This document shows, in pieces, positions 57,997 through 64,000 of a stretch of DNA of 64,000 nt. Below the pieces are notes generated by a model, which worked only from the letters and a program-made list of their open reading frames with translations, made no database searches and was not told where the DNA came from. Position 1 is the stretch's first letter. Each line of letters starts with the position of its first letter. Source of the stretch: Bdellovibrionales bacterium (lineage in GTDB: Bacteria; Bdellovibrionota; Bdellovibrionia; Bdellovibrionales; Bdellovibrionaceae); assembly GCA_031370005.1 (NCBI GenBank), contig JANMPT010000028.1, forward strand, positions 64,001 through 128,000, given 5' to 3'. The position numbers and the translations under genes were made by a program.

Positions 57997-58314
57997 TTAA
58001 CGAAAATCGCTAAAGTCATCACTGGAATCGGACTCTGGCATAGCCGACATTGGCGCAGACGGGAAGCTGGACACCGCGCTTGCATGGAGCTTTTTGAGGT
58101 CTTTCCTCAGCTGAGGGCAGCTGGCCGCCTTATCCATTGCCCGAAAAAAGTCCTTAGCCGTAACTATGCGCATTTCATAAGCGGCTTGAAGATCCTGAAA
58201 AACTGATCTTGTCGACTTATCCGCGTTGATGCACCTCATAGATTGCTGATCACTCAGTTTCCCTTGAGCAACAATTGACACTAACATAAGAAGCAAACCG
58301 AATAACTTTTTCAT
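57997..58314 (-). CDS. Small secreted hypothetical protein
   Basis: GGAGGA SD; signal peptide MKKLFGLLLMLVSIVAQG; two Cys. Confidence 0.55.
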   Translation of the reverse strand: MKKLFGLLLMLVSIVAQGKLSDQQSMRCINADKSTRSVFQDLQAAYEMRIVTAKDFFRAMDKAASCPQLRKDLKKLHASAVSSFPSAPMSAMPESDSSDDFSDFR

Positions 58315-58514
58315 AAGTCCTCCACCGCCGGGCAAATCATTAGCAAACTAAGTGACATGCCAAATGGAAGCAAATGGCTTTTAAGCGACAAAACCGCGAA
58401 TCGATACGCCAAAAAGCGTCACCATAAGAATCTCTTATAGATCTAATCCAAACAATCGTCTTGAGAAGATCCTGGAATTCTGATGAAAAGGATATCGGGA
58501 AAAGGGAGGGGCTC

Positions 58515-59426
58515 ATGAAACAGTCAATACTTAAAATAAGCTTACTAGCTGGTGCTCTTATATTTACAGCTTGCTCAAAGATGCATATGGGTGATGCTGG
58601 CTCATCTAGCTCTAGCAACGGAATTATCGGCGGCAACGATGTTGCCGCAAACGACGACATCTCTAAAACCACAGTGCAAATTTATACGATCCAAACCCAA
58701 CGTGATAACTTGGGGCACACCTCCATTTCTGGCGTTGCCGGATGCACAGGTTCAATCCTTGCTAAGGATATCATCCTCACTGCCGCACATTGCACGACCG
58801 AGAACCCTAATTACATCATTCTGTATTTTTCAGCTGTGCCGCCAAAAGACATGCGAGCCTTTCTTAATTCCATTCCAAGCAATCCGCTGGTTCGACGTGT
58901 GACGGGCGGCAAAGTGGGTGACAACTGGCCAAAACTTACCGCAGGCAAGACAACTGACTGGGGGGACATTGCACTCTTGAAATTCCGGGGCGGCCTTCCC
59001 GCTAGCTATAAAACAGCACAGCTTTTGCCAGAGAATATTGCATTACATGCTCAGCAATCAATCACTCTCGCTGGCTTCGGCATTACCGACGGCTTAAAAG
59101 AGACTCCGCCAACGAGTCTTTTAAAAGTAGACGTCGACATTCTTGATCCGAACTTTAGCAAAAGCGAAATGATGTTGGATACTCGGAATGGAAAAGGACC
59201 TTGCCATGGAGACTCTGGCGGGCCGGCTTATGTCTCTGTGAATAATCAGCGCTATGTTGCCGGGACCACCAGTCGCGCTGATGATAAAACCGATCCAAAA
59301 GGCCTTTGCATAGGCGATACAGTTTATACTAAAGTTCAGCCATACGCGGCTTGGATTGAGAACTCGATGAAAATTCTGCAATCACCGAAGTTCAAACCCG
59401 TGATGATCCCCCAACCTCGCGGCTAA
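58515..59426 (+). CDS. Trypsin-like (S1) serine protease, lipoprotein
   Basis: Lipobox IFTAC; IIGG, LTAAHC, DIALL and GDSGGP motifs. Confidence 0.93.
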   Translation: MKQSILKISLLAGALIFTACSKMHMGDAGSSSSSNGIIGGNDVAANDDISKTTVQIYTIQTQRDNLGHTSISGVAGCTGSILAKDIILTAAHCTTENPNYIILYFSAVPPKDMRAFLNSIPSNPLVRRVTGGKVGDNWPKLTAGKTTDWGDIALLKFRGGLPASYKTAQLLPENIALHAQQSITLAGFGITDGLKETPPTSLLKVDVDILDPNFSKSEMMLDTRNGKGPCHGDSGGPAYVSVNNQRYVAGTTSRADDKTDPKGLCIGDTVYTKVQPYAAWIENSMKILQSPKFKPVMIPQPRG

Positions 59427-59447
59427 GGGGGCCGACGGACACGATAT

Positions 59448-60326
59448 TTAACGAGCGCCTGAGTTCATTTTTTTTAAAATACGTTTCAAAATAAATAAAC
59501 TTAGGCGTTGAAGAGGATTCTTAAAACCCCAGGGCCTCCATGTTTTAATAAATCTATATGAATAAGCATCAAATTGATATGCAACAGGTGCTGAGTTTAT
59601 ATTTTTTCTTTTTAGCAAAATCTTTAAGGCCTCTGTCGAAGCAGCACCTGCACACATTTGGCAAGCACTAGCTGTGGAGGGGCCTTTCTTTTCATGTATA
59701 TTTACTGAGCTGGGGTCTACTAAATATTTTCTGTGCAACATCCTCGGAGCCATCCCCAGCAAGAAACGAATCGACTTTTCAGTATCGTTATTGGCTTTAG
59801 AAAAGCCAAAATATTGATCGTATGTCATTCTGCCTGGAAGAAAATTTACCACAGCTGTCCCCATTCCTAATGGACCGGCTATCACAATTGGTATATTTTT
59901 TTCTTCGCAGGCTTTATAAACTAGTTCTCGAGCCCCCATCGCGAATACATCAATTCCATCGACATACACATCTACATCTTTTAAAAACTCATCAATATTT
60001 TTATTAGTTACACCATGAGCAAAAATATTTAAATCTAAGCCAGGGTTTATTAATAAAGCTTGTTCAGCCATAACTTTGACTTTTTCTTTATTAACTGTGC
60101 TCATATTTGCGCCTGCTTGACGATTGAAATTTACAATGTCAAAAGCATCCATATCAGAAATATTAAATTTACCAATACCAAGACGAGCCAACGTCAGCAA
60201 ATAAATACCACCGACGCCGCCCATGCCCGCGATTGCAACGCGGGAGGAACCTAATTTTTTTTGCTCGTCACGAGTCACCCAACCGATATTTCTGGAGAAG
60301 GCTTGATCATAATTAAAATCTGGCAT
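59448..60326 (-). CDS. ThiF/MoeB/E1-like adenylyltransferase
   Basis: VAIAGMGGVGG, DMDAFDIVNFNRQ and VDGID motifs; lacks MoeB CxxC zinc motifs. Confidence 0.88.
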   Translation of the reverse strand: MPDFNYDQAFSRNIGWVTRDEQKKLGSSRVAIAGMGGVGGIYLLTLARLGIGKFNISDMDAFDIVNFNRQAGANMSTVNKEKVKVMAEQALLINPGLDLNIFAHGVTNKNIDEFLKDVDVYVDGIDVFAMGARELVYKACEEKNIPIVIAGPLGMGTAVVNFLPGRMTYDQYFGFSKANNDTEKSIRFLLGMAPRMLHRKYLVDPSSVNIHEKKGPSTASACQMCAGAASTEALKILLKRKNINSAPVAYQFDAYSYRFIKTWRPWGFKNPLQRLSLFILKRILKKMNSGAR

Positions 60327-60399
60327 TTTTTATTCCCTGCTGAGATATAAAATTTGGATTTGTCTCAAAAAGAGACTTCATTTTATTTTAATTTTAAAT

Positions 60400-60426
60400 T
60401 TAAGTAAACTCGCAAATAGTCGATAA
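60400..60426 (+). promoter_or_regulatory. Putative sigma-28 (FliA)-type promoter for the acyl synthase gene
   Basis: TTAA-N15-GTCGATAA, about 30 bp upstream of the ATG at 60456. Confidence 0.5.
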
Positions 60427-60455
60427 GTACTATGGTGACATAAGTCGAGGCTTTA

Positions 60456-61670
60456 ATGGGAAAATTAAAGAACATTATACTCAATAAACTACCGAATTGG
60501 ATATGCTACCCGCTTATCCGCGAATTTATGGACGTAAACATTGAGCCTCCTGGCGGATTGGAAATAAAACTAGCTTCAACAAAAGAAGAATTGCTGGAAT
60601 CATTTCGGATTCTACATGATGCATATGTAGAGCACGGGTATATGAAAGCTAGTTTTAACGGGAAAAGAATTATTAAGCATTTCTGTTTACCAACAACCTC
60701 GATAATTGTAGCGAAAATTGACGGAAAAGTAGTTGGAACATTGTCCATAATTCAACGAACAAGTCTAAAATTGCCTTTTGAAAATTTATACGAGATCCCA
60801 GAAGAGGAAAAAAAAAGAAGGATTGCAGAGGTCTCCTCCTTAGCCATTGATCGGAATTATAGGCTCAAGGGTGGGGCTATCTTTCTACCGATGTGCAAGT
60901 TTTTTTATCAATACGTCGCTAATTATCTGTATATTGATCGCGTGTATATCTCCGTGACCCCACAAGCCAGTAAGTTTTATGAGTCTATTTTACTATTTGA
61001 TCGCGTTACCCCCAAACCACTTAAGTATACCTTTGTTGATGTCAGCGTTGTTGTCTTAACCGCAGACTTGGCAGATCTTAAAAAACGCTTTGACAAAGTG
61101 TATTCAAATAAATCGGACAAAAAAAATCTATACAAGTATTTTGCTGAAACCATGTTGGATTCGTTGCTGTTTCCCGAAAGAAGTTTTTACAAATTTTTTG
61201 ACAACATATTGTCAGCCGAACTTATAACTGAATTTTTCGTCAAGGAATCAAACATATTAGAAAATATGAGTGTCGATGAAAAAAAATCAGTATCAGCTTT
61301 CCTGCCAACGGAACAATTCCAGGAAGCCCTTTGGGGACGCTTTGGAGCAAATAATGTACGCGGCCAAAGATTTTTATCCAAGCTATTGGTTGATTGGGCG
61401 GACACCATCGTTGACGTGTCCCTGGTTGGCCTGCGGGCCGTAAATCCAAAGAAGATAACAAATCAAATGTGGCTTGATGTTTCCGTGTCGTCTCATGAGA
61501 TTGCAAAAATTCAAATTGAAATTGTATGGATAGACACTGAGCAACGTCAAGTGGGGCTAAAAATCATTCAAAGCAACGACACCTGGAAAGACTACATTTC
61601 CTATCTAAGTGATGATTTTAGCAGTTCCAATCACGACAATAACATTCAGAAAAAAACAAAAGCCTCCTAG
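60456..61670 (+). CDS. FeeM-like N-acyl amino acid synthase (GNAT fold) with C-terminal PilZ-like domain
   Basis: 'IKLASTKEELLESFRILHDAYVEHGY', 'VVGTLSII…LPFE' and 'IAEVSSLAID'; tail has R-x-x-R-F and DVSLVG (DxSxxG), IVW and VGL. Confidence 0.72.
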   Translation: MGKLKNIILNKLPNWICYPLIREFMDVNIEPPGGLEIKLASTKEELLESFRILHDAYVEHGYMKASFNGKRIIKHFCLPTTSIIVAKIDGKVVGTLSIIQRTSLKLPFENLYEIPEEEKKRRIAEVSSLAIDRNYRLKGGAIFLPMCKFFYQYVANYLYIDRVYISVTPQASKFYESILLFDRVTPKPLKYTFVDVSVVVLTADLADLKKRFDKVYSNKSDKKNLYKYFAETMLDSLLFPERSFYKFFDNILSAELITEFFVKESNILENMSVDEKKSVSAFLPTEQFQEALWGRFGANNVRGQRFLSKLLVDWADTIVDVSLVGLRAVNPKKITNQMWLDVSVSSHEIAKIQIEIVWIDTEQRQVGLKIIQSNDTWKDYISYLSDDFSSSNHDNNIQKKTKAS

Positions 61671-61695
61671 TCGCAGCTAAGTGCAAGTTGTCTCC

Positions 61696-62859
61696 TTAGA
61701 CATAAGAACCGCGTTTGATTTTCTCGAGAATGATCTTCTCAGTTTTGATGGGATCGTTTGGATCCACGGAAAAATAACTTTGTTGCTCACAACGAATCTT
61801 TTCTTTGATTAAAAATCGGAGGATATCCGAAAGCTCTTTATTTTTCTTATCCAAGAAAAAGGGATCATTTTCAAGAACGTCTTTGGCTTTTTTTAAAGCG
61901 CGAGCCTCGGCCGGATCTGACTCCTTCACTTTGTAATGGGGAAGATCATACTTCTTCACGTCCTCTGGCAAGACGCCTAAAAATCTCACATTCGGAGCCG
62001 AAAAATCGGCATTCCGAATTAAAGACGCCGCTGATCCTGCTTTCAAGGTACGGAAAATATTTTGCATAGTATAAGCATCCAGATCGCCGAAGAAATACAT
62101 TGGAACGTCGAGTTCATCTTGGATCAACTTGCACCATCCACGAACACCATTTGATGGAACCCCTTGCGCGCCCATTAAAATACAGTTGTTACGTTTAGTA
62201 AAACCCATAGTCATCAAGGTATTTGCGGTACCTTCAGACTCCACCACCAAGCAGAAATCAATTTTCTTTTTGGCTTTTAGTCTTAAGCTTTGCGGCTTAT
62301 TTTTTGGCTGGTAAGGGGAAGTTCCCAGCGTGGAAAGATCCACCGTCGCTTTTTCACCATCTGCCATGGTTTCAGTCACCACCAGCTGTTGAGAATAAGT
62401 CTGCCCACCGCGATCATTGGCAAAACAGTTTAATTCCTCGCGGTAAACTTCAAGCATGTCACCGATAAAATCAACTATGGAATCGGACTCCGTCTGATCG
62501 TCGAAATCCAAGGGCTTCAGACGGGAATTGCCCTTAATCAAACCTTTGCTAATGTAGTACAGCTCCCTCTTTGTATTCACTGAGCCGATTTTCAGATTTC
62601 GCAGAAGAATTTCAAGCACGAAAACCACTCGGGCCAACTTTTGCACTGAAGAAACATTCAATTCGGTGCGAACAACTTTATCTCCAGGAGTCAAATAACC
62701 AACTTTAGAGTTGTAAAATGAGTTGTCCAAAGAGGTCTTGACGGCCTCAAGTACAGGGCGCTTCGAGTTCTCAAGGTCTTTAAGCATTCTCTCGGCCAAA
62801 ATTTTGGCCTCTCTAGGAATATCAATTTTGAGTTCACGAATAGCTATGAGCTTTGCCAT
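61696..62859 (-). CDS. top6A: DNA topoisomerase VI subunit A (Spo11-like)
   Basis: TKRELYY catalytic Tyr region; TOPRIM VVESEG, GVP and GDLD. Confidence 0.9.
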   Translation of the reverse strand: MAKLIAIRELKIDIPREAKILAERMLKDLENSKRPVLEAVKTSLDNSFYNSKVGYLTPGDKVVRTELNVSSVQKLARVVFVLEILLRNLKIGSVNTKRELYYISKGLIKGNSRLKPLDFDDQTESDSIVDFIGDMLEVYREELNCFANDRGGQTYSQQLVVTETMADGEKATVDLSTLGTSPYQPKNKPQSLRLKAKKKIDFCLVVESEGTANTLMTMGFTKRNNCILMGAQGVPSNGVRGWCKLIQDELDVPMYFFGDLDAYTMQNIFRTLKAGSAASLIRNADFSAPNVRFLGVLPEDVKKYDLPHYKVKESDPAEARALKKAKDVLENDPFFLDKKNKELSDILRFLIKEKIRCEQQSYFSVDPNDPIKTEKIILEKIKRGSYV

Positions 62860-64000
62860 TATTTGCCACCCTTCTTAGTGCCAGATTTTTTAGTAGTGGT
62901 TTTTTTTGCAGATGAAATAATATCTTGCTCTTCTTCCTGCTCCACTTCACTTTCGTGGCCAACGCCCTTCTGGCGTTCCTTTTTTTTCTGCGCTAAAAGT
63001 TTGCTTTCCGCATCTTCCAAGTCAGCAATCGCCGCCTGTGAATCGCGACCAAGAAGCTTTTTAAGACCTTCTTCGGCTTTTTTCTTGCGCGCCTCATTGG
63101 CTCCGACGATACGAGCCAAGCTCTCAACCAAAATAGGCCCAAATTGCTCAATGTGAGCTAGTTTCCTCTCGAGATCTGCCTCTTTAGATTCTTTTTTGAT
63201 ATGACGAGAAAGTTTTTGACCAGCTTGAATCAATGCCAAACGAATTTCAGCCACGAGCTCTTCGGAGGCATCAATAGTTTCTTTCGATGCATTTTTAAAC
63301 TTAATAAATGGCGATACGACAGAAACGGCAAAAATGTAAGGCCCAATTGGCAAACTATCCTTTGGCTGTTGAAGCCCGTAAGCCTTCCAGTTTACAGACT
63401 CAATGGCCCATGTAATTGCACAACCTGATTTATCAAACTGCAATGGCACACGATTGGCAAACCGAAGCAATTGAACTGGGGAATCGAGTTCCATCTGGCG
63501 TGTTTTAAAACGCGCCAAAGCAACCTCCACCACCACCGGTTTAAAATCACAAATGCAGGGTTTACGAGTCACAACTGCAAAGAAATCAACTTCTCCAAGA
63601 CGCTGAATGGATTTAGAAAGAGACTCTTCGCCCACTGTTAAAACCGACTTCGTACTAGGTGCCATTAAGTCAGTGGCTTGTACTGCTTGAAATGCTTTTT
63701 TAAAATCTTCCTCACTGAGTGACGTGATGGGTTTCTCAACCAAGCCTTTTGGCAATCCGTTTTTCACGAAGTCTTTGATTGATTGATCAGAAATGCGCGA
63801 GAAGCCCGTTTTAAGAAACTTTGATAAAGATACTTTACCAAACAAAGTCGCATGAGTGATGAACTCCCCTAGCTTGAAAGTATGAGGATGTGGCAGAGTT
63901 GCTTCTGGCAATTCCGGAGATTCATTGCTGACACGAGGGATGGAAATGAAGTCATTTTCAGCCAATTTGTATGTAATTGACATATGTGGATTCACGAGGA
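62859..64000 (-). CDS. top6B: DNA topoisomerase VI subunit B, C-terminal part (5' end outside the window)
   Basis: PHPH, H2TH-like segment, LLRFANRVPL, VNWKAYGL (WxxY) and FKNASKETI motifs. Confidence 0.9.
   Translation of the reverse strand, partial: LVNPHMSITYKLAENDFISIPRVSNESPELPEATLPHPHTFKLGEFITHATLFGKVSLSKFLKTGFSRISDQSIKDFVKNGLPKGLVEKPITSLSEEDFKKAFQAVQATDLMAPSTKSVLTVGEESLSKSIQRLGEVDFFAVVTRKPCICDFKPVVVEVALARFKTRQMELDSPVQLLRFANRVPLQFDKSGCAITWAIESVNWKAYGLQQPKDSLPIGPYIFAVSVVSPFIKFKNASKETIDASEELVAEIRLALIQAGQKLSRHIKKESKEADLERKLAHIEQFGPILVESLARIVGANEARKKKAEEGLKKLLGRDSQAAIADLEDAESKLLAQKKKERQKGVGHESEVEQEEEQDIISSAKKTTTKKSGTKKGGK

Noticed and set aside
1..64000. tRNA, rRNA, riboswitch or IS elements
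   Set aside because: No cloverleaf, rRNA-like segment, transposase or terminal inverted repeats recognised by eye; an Infernal/tRNAscan/ISEScan run would be needed to exclude them

Overview
64 kb of bacterial chromosome, most consistent with a predatory Bdellovibrionota (Bdellovibrio-like) organism. This is inferred from gene content: a MAT-like fibre adhesin, an FQNC-lipobox protein, an lpxC-ruvBAC-efp-TPR-tamB-tamA block, a RomR-like regulator and bacterial topoisomerase VI. Most of the window is core or metabolic: maltose ABC transport, amylase, ROK kinase, ald, lpxC, ruvCAB, efp, tamAB, membrane PPase, prpDBC, hutH, rhlE, rpe-fmt-def, lptG, nadC-birA, aconitase and top6AB. The accessory region at about 6.1-19.4 kb holds a three-gene minus-strand unit: a 1525-aa fibre, a sulfotransferase and a Tat-signal 7-repeat RCC1 propeller. 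The fibre stops one strand short of completing its last repeated module (…GDLYICK*), and the predicted mature RCC1 protein begins with the missing W-x-x-L strand (QTWQKLG), suggesting a split fibre with a plug-in tip. Nearby, two diverged, ungapped copies of internal fibre sequence each replace the 3' end of a toxin gene (AbiEii-like, PIN-like) while the antitoxins stay intact. A separate AT-rich divergent pair encodes a ThiF-like adenylyltransferase and a FeeM-like N-acyl amino acid synthase with a PilZ-like tail. No rRNA, tRNA, CRISPR array, integrase or transposase was recognised. All calls come from reading motifs by eye; no database searches were run.
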